Notes under the pieces: model-generated
Told to the model about the DNA's origin: nothing
The model's input: the letters and a program-made list of their open reading frames with translations, nothing else
Databases searched by the model: none
Source: Octopus sinensis
Taxonomy: Eukaryota
Length of the DNA stretch: 64,000 bases
Reading direction: 5' to 3'
Assembly (NCBI RefSeq): GCF_006345805.1
Contig: NC_043007.1
Location: forward strand, 55,552,001-55,616,000
Shown here: positions 12,545 through 27,222 of the stretch, piece after piece
How the letters are laid out: the number at the start of each line of letters is the position of its first letter
How positions within the stretch are numbered: the stretch's first letter is position 1
Program-made: the position numbers and the translations under genes

Positions 12545-13039
12545 AGCTTGCTTACGAACCACATGGTTCTAGGTTCAATCCCACTGCGTGGCACCTTGGG
12601 CAAGTGTCTTCTACTATAGCTTCGGGTCGACCAAAGCCTTGTGAGTGGGTTTGGTAGACGGAAACTGAAATAAGTCCGTCGTATATATGTATATTTAAAT
12701 TTAAATTGCTATGTTCTCTAACCGGCAAAATTCACTGCAGAGAATTATTTTCTGCAGAAATATTTCCGGTAGTTTGGCGCGCCAAAACGAAGGCTTTTGA
12801 AAAGTGGCTCCAATTGTAATCGGGGATGATTACGTAAATGATTATGTAAGCATTAACAACGAAATCATAGTATGTGATTAATCTATATTTTGTATATTTT
12901 CATTTGTCTTGCTCGCTTACGCTTTGGCGTTTGCTGAATTATTTTCTTGAGAACATTCATTTCTTAGCGGTAAGACCATAGCAGATCTTCTTCTAGCATA
13001 ATCGATGTCCACTTACAGGTCATCTCTTTTATATGTATG

Positions 13040-13098
<59 letters not shown>

Positions 13099-13275
13099 TG
13101 TATGTATGTATGTATGTATGTGTATGTGTTTGTGTGTTTGTGTGTTTGTGTCCCACCATCGCTTGACAGCCGATGCTGATGTGTTTACGTCTCCGTAAAA
13201 GAGACCGATAGAATAAGTACTAGCCCTAGGGTCGATTAGCTCGACTAAAGTCGGTGCTCCACCATGGCCACAGTC
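12545..13275 (+). mobile_element. SINE S1 body and tail, with an internal unrelated insert (~12700-13020)
   Basis: agcttgcttacgaaccacatggttc..ggcaagtgtc; tail ggtgctccaccatggccacagtc at ~13255. Confidence 0.75.
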
Positions 13276-13329
13276 ATATGGCATTATGGGGCATAAAGGT
13301 GTGTGTGTGGGGCAGAACCCCCCATAAAA

Positions 13330-13903
<574 letters not shown>

Positions 13904-14369
13904 ATCGGTGTATGAACACGCGTGCATGTAAGGATATATATAGAAAATGTATACATAAATGTATACATAAATATTTGCTATTTGAATGTTTACACCTGGG
14001 TATGAGAATGTTGATATATGTATCTTTTACAGATTATTTTTATTTATGATTTTTCTCCAGTTATTTATCTGTCATTGATTGAACTTGGTACCTGTTTACT
14101 GCATATTATTAATTCAGCTATCAATTCATTTACGCATATATTTACAGATTTACCATTTATTAAACTAGTGTGTATGCATTATAAAAATTGCTCATGAAAT
14201 AGTTTTTCTTCATGTAGATGAGTTTTAACAAACAAAGAATGACGTGACTTATTTATACTGTCTGGTTCTAATGATTTAGCATCACATATCCAGGAGAAGT
14301 TATTTTGACTATTATAATATTGTAATTTTCCCCCAAATTATTCAATTATCCAATTGCGTTTTACAGATT

Positions 14370-14605
14370 CAGAGGAACTGTCAATGAATTAGCAGGAAAG
14401 AATTGTAAGACGGAACCAACGAGCAGGAGACCTCGGGGAAAACCGAGAGCGAGATGGATGGATCCATTGTCGCGATTGGTTACATTCGAGAATTCAGACT
14501 GAAAGCCTAATGGGATTTACTTCTGACAGGACACTATGGAGTATGTGCCTGAGGGCTCTACTCCAGCGATCGTCCCAGGAATATTAGGCACAGAAGATGT
14601 ATGGA
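14370..14605 (+). mobile_element. RTE-type LINE 3' fragment
   Basis: RRPRGKPRARW C-terminal motif followed by microsatellite. Confidence 0.5.
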
Positions 14606-17600
14606 TAGATCGATATATATTATATATATCTATATATTTATATCTATATCTATCGTACAATACACACTCGCGCGCACACATACACACACACACGCACTTG
14701 TGTGAGTTTCTTTGTGAGTATTCCCTATTTCCCCCCTTAAAATAACGAGTTTTATTGCTGGATTCACCGTTATTGTCAATTCGATTATATAGAATATTTG
14801 AAATATTGTATATTTCTAAAAAGTAAAGGAAAAAAGAATATTATTCAGATTTCAAGTACAGCGGATTGCTAAATATACCCATCTAAATTGCATACCTGAT
14901 TACGACCCACAGAATGTAAATATTAAACAAAATATATGTAGTCAGAAACTATTACGCTTACTTGCAGACAATATATTCGCACTATATAATATAAATATTT
15001 TAATATACGCTTCTTAAGTTTATGAGAAAGGGAAAAGTATAACATGAAAGCCGAGATAGTATAGCAACGGATAAAGATTTAACCATCTTATCATTAATAA
15101 GTTAATATGTGATAATGTTGTCGGCATAATATTCGCAATTAATTGAAAAGACCCTCAGTCTTCCTTATTTGAGGAAAGAAAACAAAACCTAGCTGTAATT
15201 GCTAGCAACTTCTTAAGGAGATAGAAGATAATTATAATTAGAACATAATTATAATTAATCTCACAAAATTAATTGACATAGAAATATCTTGGAAATATCT
15301 ATCTTTGATTGCCGACAAGAGAATTTTTCAGTCTTACCGAACCACATGGAGTCTGCTTTCGTCAATTGACACATGACTTTTATTTTTAGAATGTGTTTTG
15401 AGCATTTCTTGTCAGTAGTAATTTCCATAAAAAGTGAAATAAACGACGGGAAATAATTCCAGTGTGTCAATGATATGGATTTCGATAACTAAGTAAAAGA
15501 GGTACTGTACTGAATGACGTAAGCCTAAAATTATTAACTGGAATTTCTCTCAATGCTGGATAAAACAAAATATGTATTTCAGGAGACTTTGTCCAGTTGG
15601 AATTAAATTCTAAAAGCTTCAAAGTGATAAAATACGCAAGTTCTAGTGAATATATCCCACCTTTCAGAGAGAATTTCCACAACAAATAGGCTAATTACTT
15701 CATTAGTAGAAAATCCTAGAAAACCTGATACTTCGGAAATGCCATTTCTTGTTCAAATACTTTCAACTAATTACTTCCATTAGGTCTTCAATACTTTTAG
15801 CAAGTGTTAAAAATTCATGTTTCTAGCACTTGTACTGGTATGAACGAAAATTAGCGACAACAAAATAATTTATTGTACGAACACATAAGAACTGTGTATA
15901 CGATATAATGTGAAGAATCTTTCTGATTAATTCATTGCCCCTGCCAACACTGTGACCTTGAAAACAAAGTTTTGCTTCGCAAGTATTCATTATTCATGTT
16001 CCCTATCTTTAATAATTGAAGTTATCAGCAAACTCTACTCTACTACCCGTCGTTCTTATTTCTTTACACATGAAATGCTACATAAAAGCTTAAACTTCAT
16101 TATGCATTTCAGTATTATCTTTTAAAGCAGAAAAACAGTTGTTCTTGATTTCTATCGGAAAACAACAAATGGTATGATCTCTCTTTTTCTTTTTTTTTTC
16201 AGAAAAAGATAATGCTATTTCTCCAGATTAATTTAGTTTGCCTGCCTTTCTCGAAATCTGATCTCTTGTTGCATTGTGCTAGAGTAGTTGAAGCACCCTC
16301 CCCACCATGCTACATTGCCCAGAGAAGTGGGATTTTGTTTGTTAGTTATTTTAATGAGTTGTTTATCGGAAATTAGTAAGAATATTTTAAGGTGGGTTTG
16401 TTTATTAACTGAAAGTGAAACAGGAGGCCGAAACACATCGTTTGATTACACATTAATTGCTATCCGATTTATGCGAGAAAAACTAAATAGATTTTAATGT
16501 TTAAATCGATAGTAATTTCTTGGCTTGTCGCTGTGTGTATTACACCAGCTAATGTTCTATCTTGTGTTTGATCAAAGTTTCCCCTGAGATATTGATAATT
16601 TTCAGATGTTTTCCTAACATACATATAACATAATCGAAAATTTTGTAGAATGTTGTTCACTAAAAAAAAAGAAAAAAGAGGTTTCTTTTTATAGTTCAGA
16701 TTAAAATAAAATATATCGAGGCGTAGACACAATCAGCTTTGATAGATTTACTTGTTTCCTCGACTTTTTACATTTTAAGAGGTAACTATTCTGTCAATCT
16801 TTGATGAGTGAATCATTCTGCTACACCTGCAGCACCGCCGCCACAGAGAAAATATTGATCTAATTTGACCAAACATAACTACCTTATATTTTCGAGAGGA
16901 AATGTGTAATTGTGATCTTTTATATAAAGGAATTAGTTGTATGATGTAATTTAGCTACATCACTAAATTGAAACGACGTAACGATCGATATATATTATAT
17001 ATATCTATATGGGAAGCTTGTTCCTTTTTAGCAGAGAACTGAAACAAAATCTCGGCAAAATTTCGGCCTGGGTTAATGAACCTTTTTCTCTATAATATTA
17101 ACACCTTCCAAATATTGATTTCTCACATTGGAATTATGTCACATATTTCTAAAAGAATGCTATATTTCTTAGGGTCGACAAAAATTAGCGTACTTCTTGC
17201 ATTTATTTTGAGCTAGAATTTGCTTTCAAAACACGAGAAAAATATTTAACTATGTGAGCTCTTATAGATATTTTTGTATCTGCTACAGCCAGTCAGACAT
17301 CACAGTAATGCTTTGAAATAAGAAAAAGATATTGAGAACATATCGTCCTTTACATATCGAGAAAATATAAACTTCTTCATACGAAGATTTAAAATAAAAT
17401 CAACGTAAAATTAGGTTAAAATAATATATTATCAAAATTCAAAATATATTTTATATGACGACAATATGCATAACGGTTCTTTGCAAAAAAATGTCTGACA
17501 TGTTTAGATTTACTTTAATAAAAATTAAGAAAATATTGTTTATTTAAGATAAAATATTCTTGAATTTAGAGATCAGTTAATGAAACTTCTGATTAATGTG

Positions 17601-18779
17601 ACAATCTCTAAAGTGATTGATATTTCTATCAGTAATAAAGAACGGCCTAGGATAGGTGATGTTCGAGATGGTAATAATACCAATTTAATAGATAGTACTT
17701 CTTTCGAGTTTCATTGAATTTCACTCCTGAGGTGATACACCACCTCGTATTCTCAATAACAATGCATACATTTCTTGAACAGTGGGTCGCATAAGATATG
17801 GCTAATCATAAGGCGAGCCGCATCACTAAAAAGAATTGAGGTAATTTTCACTATAGAAGACTATACACATAAGTGTCTACCTTAAATATGGAGGACAGTT
17901 TTTTTTGTTTTAGAGAAAAGAATTTTGCTAAAGTTAAAAATTGTAAGTATTGCTATAATATTGTCATTGATGGCAGTGTGATAAATGTACGATACTGTTA
18001 TGATACACTAAATGGAAAAAATTGATTACTTGAAAAATCAATTTATTAAATATTAATATCTGTATGATCCGTGTATTGAAAAAAGTTAATGGTTTCATAA
18101 TTTGTGTATCAAAATTTTACTAATACTATTTTTTAAATCACAGGTTCACATTTAACAATCGTTAAATAATTTCATCACTCGCTTTTAAATTGAAGGATAG
18201 CGTACATATAAAAATATTCAAATAAGTAGTAAGATTTCTTTCTAATTTATTCATTTGGTTATATAAGAATAGTTTTAAAACGAAAATATATAATTCCTCT
18301 TCAGAGAAAAAAAAAGATTATGAACGTTTCCTATTGCTAAAGCAAAAGATGTTTACACGTATGATCTTCCTTAATGAAAATCGCTAAGTTTAAAATGATG
18401 AAAATGGTACTAGGGTAAAAAGGGAAACATGATTAAAGGGAAGGAACTAAAAAGTAAAAACAAGAGAAACTGTAAAACAAATTAACGTAACCTGACAAGT
18501 CGGGTGTATTATAATGATAGAAGTGCAGTAAAGAACATGAGCAACGTAAACGAGGAAAATAGTCCCACCAAACCACGTACACTGATTAAAACACTGCCTA
18601 ACAAAATACAGGCAAAATACATCGTATTTATTATTCATTTGTATTGAATTAACCAGAAATAATTCACTGACAAATTTTAGTGAGAAACTTAGCGCTGTAC
18701 ATTTTCTACAACTTTTCCAATATTTGCAGATATTTGCGATGTTGCAGCTAGTAAATTATCTTCGAGGTGAATACCGGTA

Positions 18780-20200
18780 AATCTTAACCTAGTTTTTTGA
18801 CTTTATTATTTTCATTTTAGGATAAAGTTGTTCGCATTTATACGTACTACCACACATAGTGGTATATCCCCTAGCAAAGTACACTATTTGGGTATAATTT
18901 TCTACAGGAAGCGTTCTATAAAACTGCATTAAACATTCATCGTTAGATTTTTGCTGAAGAAACTCATCACTCTGAAGCTCAATTATTTCCATTTGCATTT
19001 CCAATCATGATAATTTTTCGGTGTTAAATGGATTCCCAAAAGGGCTAAAGTTATCTTCTCCGGTTCTGAAGTCCTTAAATTTGCTGTTCAGTTCTTTTTC
19101 AACTCACTTAGCTCCGCAGCAAGGACCGTGTTGGAAATGGCAAACATTGCCAGTCCTGAATTAATTCTTCCAAACCGGCAGTTTTGCAATTTTAAATTGA
19201 GATCAATTGAATGGGTTGTGCTTTCTATGAGAAATGCAAGGTTACAAACCCAGTTATTCTTCAGCTCAGGGACAAATTTACCCTTCATACATTAGGAGGC
19301 GCATATCTCTTCTTTGAGGCGATACAATCATTGAAGCGTCTTCACCTCAATGCAAATTACAAAGAATTAAACTAAATTGCCATACTCCCCTTTAAGTTCG
19401 TTTAAAACTCTTTAGATAGGTGATAGTTAAGTGCTAGGGATTTAATGAAACTTATTTTTGAAATAACTACACACATAATATTTCTAAATTTAAAGACTTC
19501 CACATAATTTTCTTGATGAATTATTCAATCAATCGTTGCAACGTCACCGTTTACTAATTTAAAGAAGTTAATTCGTCTTTTAATTTGGATAGGAGACCTA
19601 TCTTTGGTCCAATCATTGCTGGGTCCCCGTCTGTTGTTACACTGACGAGCCTCTTGAGGTGAGAGATTCAATTTCGTTGTTGCTTTGCGCACTTCATCAA
19701 CGTTGTATCTCGTAACGGAACATTTCATTGTCTGAACAATAATTTTTGTGATATAAAATGATTTTTCAATATCATATATAAAAAGTATATATCGATAGGC
19801 AGTGAAAACGAATCAAATTATTTTTGTTTGACAGCGTACCTTCGAGATCTGCTGCAATTTCTTCAACCTGTCTTGTTATTGTCCCAGGAGACAAGCTAAT
19901 TTTGTGAAACATATTTCACTTTTCCGCACACAAATGTTCAACTACTGCCAAAGAACTTTCATTTACAAATTCGCTGTCAAATACGAAGAAAAGCCAGTCT
20001 CTTGGATTTAAGTTTTTGAATGTTTGGCAGTTTTTTCTCTAGCGACTTATCTCGCATGCACAATTCTTCGAGTTCAAGCTGCCTTTTACAAAACAACGTA
20101 TTTAGGCTATCAACCCGTTTGTATAATGCTTCAATTGTTTAATTTCTAACAGCTCCTCTAATACTATTGTACCTCGAAGGTTTTGAAGTGTAATGACGCT
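18780..20200 (-). mobile_element. Decayed hAT transposase (SPIN/Charlie, GTF2IRD2-like)
   Basis: ISLSPGTITRQVEEIAADL; ELKNNWVCNLAFL..DLNLKLQ; MEIIELQSD..FYRTL..GSTYKCEQL..MKIIKSK. Confidence 0.8.
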
Positions 20201-21771
20201 CAACATTAAGATCTTTAAAAGCGCAGATGGGCTCATAACATATTAAAAATATTGGTCGGATTTTTACTTCAACAAATAATTTGTTCACTATCTCCGTAAT
20301 TTTCTCATTTCTTCAGAAACATTCTATTTAAATGGCTGAAACATCGGTTTGGTATGCTGGTGCCGATCTTAATGCGTTGGTAGCGAGGGACTTCGCTCTT
20401 GACATTTTGTCCTAGATGATTCATGAGAATAATCGTGTGACAGCTGCACAGAAAAATAGAAACTAGTAGATAGTGGACACTTGTAAATAACTGCAATAGG
20501 TGAGTAAAACTCTGGATAGATTTCAGAGAAGGTATGTCTGTTGATTATAACGAAGAAAATCCAGTCTCTTGGATTTACCAGTTATAAACATGCAAATAAA
20601 ACACACCTGCTGCTTTTATTTCGCTGAGTAAGTAAATGTTTGCTTGACTAATCGTTTGATCAATTAATCAATCATTTGTTTTGATTGGTTTTATTTAAAA
20701 AACCACTTGAATTCTTTCGTTCTCTCAAAATTTCTTCATGTCACCTTCCTCCACAGTCACTGTATTATTGTGTATACGAACTTAAGGTGTCAGTTTCGTT
20801 CCGTTTTTAATAATAGCTACACTAACAATACGAGTTTCTCTGCCTTTATTCAAAGACATCACACATACATATATACAGATATATATATATCTGGTACATA
20901 TATATAAAATAAAATTTTCAGGATCCGATAAAATCAGGTATTTACATAGTAAAAGCACCAAGGTAGAATCAGGGATAATGTACCAGTGCAGTAACAATGT
21001 CTACTGACATATACGTACTTACTAAAGTAAATATAGATTTGTTATTCCAGTTCTGCACACGTCAACAAGTACTGACAGAATACCCAACGTTTATTCGAAG
21101 TCACACTAGGGTACACTTATCGCACGTATTCCACTGTCGACTATTGGCTCCAGATCGAAACATGGAAGGTTTCGAGTTAGGTGAAGAATACAGATGGGTT
21201 GAGGTTCATTACAACTGTTTCAGGGGTGTTCTTTTTTAATAAACAAAAGCGTTGCATCATGCAAAAAAAACCCCGTTTTCTTCAGGTGAATAAAGAGAAA
21301 AGTTAAAACTTATAATTTCTCACAAAATAGAACATAGTGCAAGACGACCTACCAACCAGGTTAAGGCTGAGAGAGTGAATAGCGGAAGCTATTATGAGGT
21401 TTATATTCATGGTGATACATTAATGAATTCGATTGAAGGACCAGAATAAGCAAAGGGAGTAGGGGAGAAGTAGAAGGAAGGAAACAGGGACAGGAAAGAA
21501 GGAAAAAAGAGAAAAGGGACTATATAGTACGTCATAATTAAAAAGTAATAAGATAAACTAGACATAGTAAATAAAATTAACGTTGCGTGTGATAAAGGTA
21601 ATTTGAGGTTGGCAACAAGAGCAATAAAAGAGATGACAAGGAGGAAACAAGCAACACACATATACACATGTAAACAAAATTATATACACACATATACACA
21701 TATACATAGATATATATACATATATGCATGTATATATATGTGCTTGTATGCTTGTATGTATGTATATATGC

Positions 21772-21832
<61 letters not shown>

Positions 21833-21867
21833 CACACATGCATACAAACATACGTACACACATATAT

Positions 21868-21946
<79 letters not shown>

Positions 21947-22544
21947 CGTGTGTGTGTGTGTGTATTTGTATCAAGAGCACGTGTGTTTGAAAAGGGTAAT
22001 CGAAAGCACTCGCACACACTAGAAAAAATATTTCTTCCGAAAAGGTTAGTAACACCTTGATAAAAGATTTGATAACTTTTTTAAAATGCAATTTAAAAAA
22101 GAAAATCTTTTATACTTAAAAATTGTATTAGATAATTGTCACAAAGACTTTCAAATATATATATATATATATAAACCTCATAAGGGAAAAGTCCATCAAT
22201 TATTCCTGTTAAATATATTTATTTATATCAAGGGCATTACTATACATAAATGCCTCACGCTAGGATGGACTCTTACAGTGAAAACTACTATAATAAATAA
22301 ACAAATTGTACCGAACTCGAGGGAATGCAACTCTGGAAGCGAGCATTTTAAAAACAGAATTCAGCTGCATATCATATGATTTAATAATTAGTGTGCAAAA
22401 TGTACTTTTTAATCGTCAGTGCAAGCATAATTCAAGATACATAAAATGAACAAAAATCAACATACCAGACGAACAGCAAATGTATCCAGCATAGTACATA
22501 GAATTGTTCACACTTATATATCTATGTAAAAGGCAGGCTTTCCG

Positions 22545-22722
<178 letters not shown>

Positions 22723-22972
22723 GAGACCCCCTTCGGTCATGACTGACCATGGGATTGCACCTAGAAAGTTACCCTCCCAGGTACAAGTCCAGGCAATGAT
22801 GTTTATTGAAGACCAGCAGACTCCCATGCATACCACGCCACCAGTGTTATCCAGGGGAAAGGCAAAGGCTGATACAGCTTGGCACATGTTACATCGCAAC
22901 TCATTTCTACAGCTGAGTGAACTGGAGCAACGAGAAATAAAGTGTCCTGCTCAAGAACACAACACACATCCC
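22723..22972 (-). mobile_element. SINE S2 fragment
   Basis: Reverse match to 29895-30127 and 30320-30572. Confidence 0.75.
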
Positions 22973-23039
22973 CCCATATTTCCACTCATTTATTTTTTCT
23001 AATATATATACTTTAAAAAAACTCGATTCAATAACACCG

Positions 23040-23400
23040 TTTACAAAGTCTATGCTTGGAATGACCATTTTAAAATACTATTGGAACTTAATCACAAGGT
23101 GCAGGAAGCTTATATGTATACCATTCTGCCTAAATAATGGAACTGAAGATGCAATATCCCTACATATCTAACGTCTATTTTCATTCTTCCACTTCATTCT
23201 CTATTTCATATCTTATCTAGAATAACTATTGCTTACCCATTTTCTCGCACTGTCTCCGATGAAGGGATATATAAAATATCACGGAAAGAGCTGTAAGACC
23301 TTCTATTTATAAATATTCTGAAATCTTTCACAGCCTTGGATTTTTATCTCATTCTGTTAATTTTTTTTTTATATACACATGCTGATATATGACCTACGTT
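23040..23400 (+). mobile_element. PLE 3' (pLTR) fragment
   Basis: GIY-YIG tail-like ELNHKVQEAYMYTILP, then an HHR-like motif shared with 60864. Confidence 0.5.
23251..23300 (+). ncRNA. Variant or decayed hammerhead (U4C core)
   Basis: tgtct-CCGATGA-agggatat ataaa atatcacg-GAAAG-AGCT-GTA-agacc. Confidence 0.55.
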
Positions 23401-23754
23401 AGATTTCTCATTCGCATAATCACCGAACGTGGAGCTTAACTATTGTCAGTCCATAGCACTTACTCAGCATTACCTGACACCTTTGGTCTTCTTGACACCA
23501 TTACTTCTCATAACCTATATATATTTATATATATACACATATAATTGCCAACTAAGTATGGCGTCCTATACAGGACAGTGCTACTGACGTTTATTGCCCC
23601 AGGAAGACATGTATACGGATTTTTCATTCCATTTATGCGCACATTCATGGGTACTGACAGAATACAGAGCGTGTATTCAAAGTCACACAAGCGTACACTC
23701 ACTAAACGTATATGTATGTATATATGTGTATATGTATGTGTGTGTATACATATT

Positions 23755-24105
23755 TTATTCTTTTATTTGCTCTAGTCATTTGACTGCGGCCGTGCTGGAG
23801 CACCGCATTTAGTCAAACAAATCGACCCCAGCAGTTATTTTTTATAAGCCTAGTACTTGTTCTATCGGTTCTCTTTTGCCCAACCGCTAAGTTACAGGGA
23901 CGTAGACACGCCACCGTCGGTTGTCAAGCGATGGTGGGGCACAAACACAGACACATAAACACACACACGCACACACACACACACACACGCACGCACACAC
24001 ACACACATACGACGGGGTTCTTTCAGCTTCCATTTACCAAATCTACTCATAGGGATTTGGTCGGCCAGAGGCTATAGTAGATGACACCAGCCCAAAGTTC
24101 CACGT
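23755..24105 (-). mobile_element. SINE S1, partial
   Basis: Reverse match to 57100-57430. Confidence 0.8.
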
Positions 24106-24106
24106 C

Positions 24107-24158
<52 letters not shown>

Positions 24159-24369
24159 GCACACACACACATACACACACTCACACACACAACACTCACA
24201 AACATGTAGAAACAATAAACAATTACAAATTATTAACCTAACCATAATTTCTTATTTGGATTTATCACCTCATTATATATATGTATATCAATCATATTCT
24301 AGCCTTATAAGTTTCTTTATTTGCTTTTTTCTGTTATTAGACTATTCCTTTCAATTTATAAAAGTCTCT

Positions 24370-24775
24370 TTTACTCCTTTATTTTTACTTGTTTCAGTGA
24401 TTTGACTGTGGCCATGCTGGAGCACCGCCTTTAGTCTTGCAAATCGAGCACAGGACTTATTCTTTGTAAGCCTAGTACTTATTCTATCGGTCTCTTTCGC
24501 CGAACCGCTATTTACGGGGACGTAAGCACACCAGCATCGGTGGTCAACCGATGTTGGGAGGACAAACACAGGGACACAAACATATAGACAAACATACATA
24601 TATACATACATATATACGAAGGGCGTCTTTCAGTTTCTGTCTACCAAATCCACTCACAAGGCTTTGGTCAGCCCGAGGGTATAGTAGAAGACACTTGCCC
24701 AAGGTGCCACGCAGTGGGATTGAACCCAGAACCATGTGGTTCATAAGCAAGCTACTTACCACACACCACTCCTCT
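24370..24775 (-). mobile_element. SINE S1, full length
   Basis: Reverse match to 57029-57430, including tRNA-like head and tail stem-loop. Confidence 0.85.
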
Positions 24776-25071
24776 CTTAACTGTTTTTATACAATTAATT
24801 TGAGTTTTTCATTTGCAATTTCACATGTGAGTTTTGGAAAACCTTCGAAATCACTGTTTTATTTTTAATATAAATCTAGCACTACTTGAGTTATTGAGTT
24901 CTTCGTTCGATTAATGATTCTTCTTGAGAGATATATATGTATGTATTTATGTGCATACACACATACACACACACAAATACACACAGATATATACGTACAT
25001 ATATGCTTACATAGATAGATAGATAGATACATACATGCATATAGATATATCAAGAAACATGTACGTACTCA

Positions 25072-25109
<38 letters not shown>

Positions 25110-25313
25110 CGGATAACCATATTTTATCTCAGTAGATGACCACAGCATCTTGTTTTGGCTACACGCGGGTGGGAAGGGGCTGTTGACACAATCGTTTCAT
25201 TCACAAATTGAATTCGGTGATACCAGTTGCGGATTCTAGCTCGCTCTGATACTGAGTTGAGTTGGTGCCTTCTGGTATCTCAAAATTCAATATATAATCA
25301 TTTATGATTATAG

Positions 25314-25425
25314 TATTCTACGCTGAAGAGAAAAGAAGTTTCGGTAAGATAGAATTATTTAATATTTAATATTTAATTCTTATGCTTTCCTAAAAACTTG
25401 ATTTCGAAACGTACGTCCGTGGATA
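25314..25425 (+). ncRNA. Type I hammerhead ribozyme A1
   Basis: tattctacg-CTGAAGA-gaaa ag aagttt...aaactt ga tttc-GAA-ACGTACGT-C|cgtggata; predicted cleavage after 25417. Confidence 0.85.
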
Positions 25426-25913
25426 ACTAAAAAAATGTATGATTGATTGCAGTCAATTCATTCTCTCTTACCTGTTTGTGTCTGCCTTCCAAATGCTGTT
25501 TTTACTGAGATCTCCCTTTTTAGTAGAAGAAATAGCTATAACCCTTTGACTGCTATTTCTAAATTCGGTATGTGGTAAGGCAACTCGTTGCTAAACCCTT
25601 ATTGCTTAGTATTACTTAAATTTTCCTCGAATGAGGCTTTTACATGCCGAAGACTACTTGGTGTAATTGATAATTTTTCCAAATTAATTAATTTCACCCT
25701 TCATTATTACGGATAACCATATTTTATCTCAGTAGATGACCACAGCATCTTGTTTTGGCTACACGCGGGTGGGAAGGGGCTGTTGACACAATCGTTTCAT
25801 TCACAAATTGAATTCGGTGATACCAGTTGCGGATTCTAGCTCGCTCTGATACTGAGTTGAGTTGGTGCCTTCTGGTATCTCAAAATTCAATATATAATCA
25901 TTTATGATTATAG

Positions 25914-26024
25914 TATTCTACGCTGAAGAGAAAAGAAGTTTCGGTAAGATAGAATTATTTAATATTTAATATTTAATTCTTATGCTTTCCTAAAACTTGA
26001 TTTCGAAACGTACGTCCGTGGATA
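25914..26024 (+). ncRNA. Hammerhead ribozyme A2
   Basis: Same motif; cleavage after 26016. Confidence 0.85.
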
Positions 26025-26511
26025 ACTAAAAAAATGTATGATAGATTGCAGTCAATTCATTCTCTCTTACCTGTTTGTGTCTGCCTTCCAAATGCTGTTT
26101 TTACTGAGATCTCCCTTTTTAGTAGAAGAAATAGCTATAACCCTTTGACTGCTATTTCTAAATTCGGTATGTGGTAAGGCAACTCGTTGCTAAACCCTTA
26201 TTGCTTAGTATTACTTAAATTTCCTCGAATGAGGCTTTTACATGCCGAAGACTACTTGGTGTAATTGATAATTTTTCCAAATTAATTAATTTCACCCTTC
26301 ATTATTACGGATAACCATATTTTATCTCAGTAGATGACCACAGCATCTTGTTTTGGCTACACGCGGGTGGGAAGGGGCTGTTGACACAATCGTTTCATTC
26401 ACAAATTGAATTCGGTGATACCAGTTGCGGATTCTAGCTCGCTCTGATACTGAGTTGTGTTGGTGCCTTCTGGTATCTCAAAATTCAATATATAATCATT
26501 TATGATTATAG

Positions 26512-26623
26512 TATTCTACGCTGAAGAGAAAAGAAGTTTCGGTAAGATAGAATTATTTAATATTTAATATTTAATTCTTATGCTTTCCTAAAAACTTGAT
26601 TTCGAAACGTACGTCCGTGGATA
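26512..26623 (+). ncRNA. Hammerhead ribozyme A3
   Basis: Same motif; cleavage after 26615. Confidence 0.85.
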
Positions 26624-27111
26624 ACTAAAAAAATGTATGATTGATTGCAGTCAATTCATTCTCTCTTACCTGTTTGTGTCTGCCTTCCAAATGCTGTTTT
26701 TACTGAGATCTCCCTTTTTAGTAGAAGAAATAGCTATAACCCTTTGACTGCTATTTCTAAATTCGGTATGTGGTAAGGCAACTCGTTGCTAAACCCTTAT
26801 TGCTTAGTATTACTTAAATTTTCCTCGAATGAGGCTTTTACATGCCGAAGACTACTTGGTGTAATTGATAATTTTTCCAAATTAATTAATTTCACCCTTC
26901 ATTATTACGGATAACCATATTTTATCTCAGTAGATGACCACAGCATCTTGTTTTGGCTACACGCGGGTGGGAAGGGGCTGTTGACACAATCGTTTCATTC
27001 ACAAATTGAATTCGGTGATACCAGTTGCGGATTCTAGCTCGCTCTGATACTGAGTTGAGTTGGTGCCTTCTGGTATCTCAAAATTCAATATATAATCATT
27101 TATGATTATAG

Positions 27112-27222
27112 TATTCTACGCTGAAGAGAAAAGAAGTTTCGGTAAGATAGAATTATTTAATATTTAATATTTAATTCTTATGCTTTCCTAAAACTTGATT
27201 TCGAAACGTACGTCCGTGGATA
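27112..27222 (+). ncRNA. Hammerhead ribozyme A4
   Basis: Same motif; cleavage after 27214. Confidence 0.85.

Noticed and set aside
16203-16392. Possible host exon (polypyrimidine-AG ... AG|GTGGGT)
   Set aside because: The frame tested from the acceptor stops early, the peptide is unrecognisable, and there are no supporting exons.
21558-22091. ORFs rich in YI/HT/CV/SL/ER repeats (also 30534-31419, 40699-41265, 48345-48737, 56049-56621, 61670-62194)
   Set aside because: Translations of dinucleotide or tetranucleotide microsatellites.
25626-25665. Second HHR-like motif in unit A (cgaatga-ggc..gcc-gaagac)
   Set aside because: Two core mismatches, GAAG instead of GAAA, no helix I, and not conserved in B-D.
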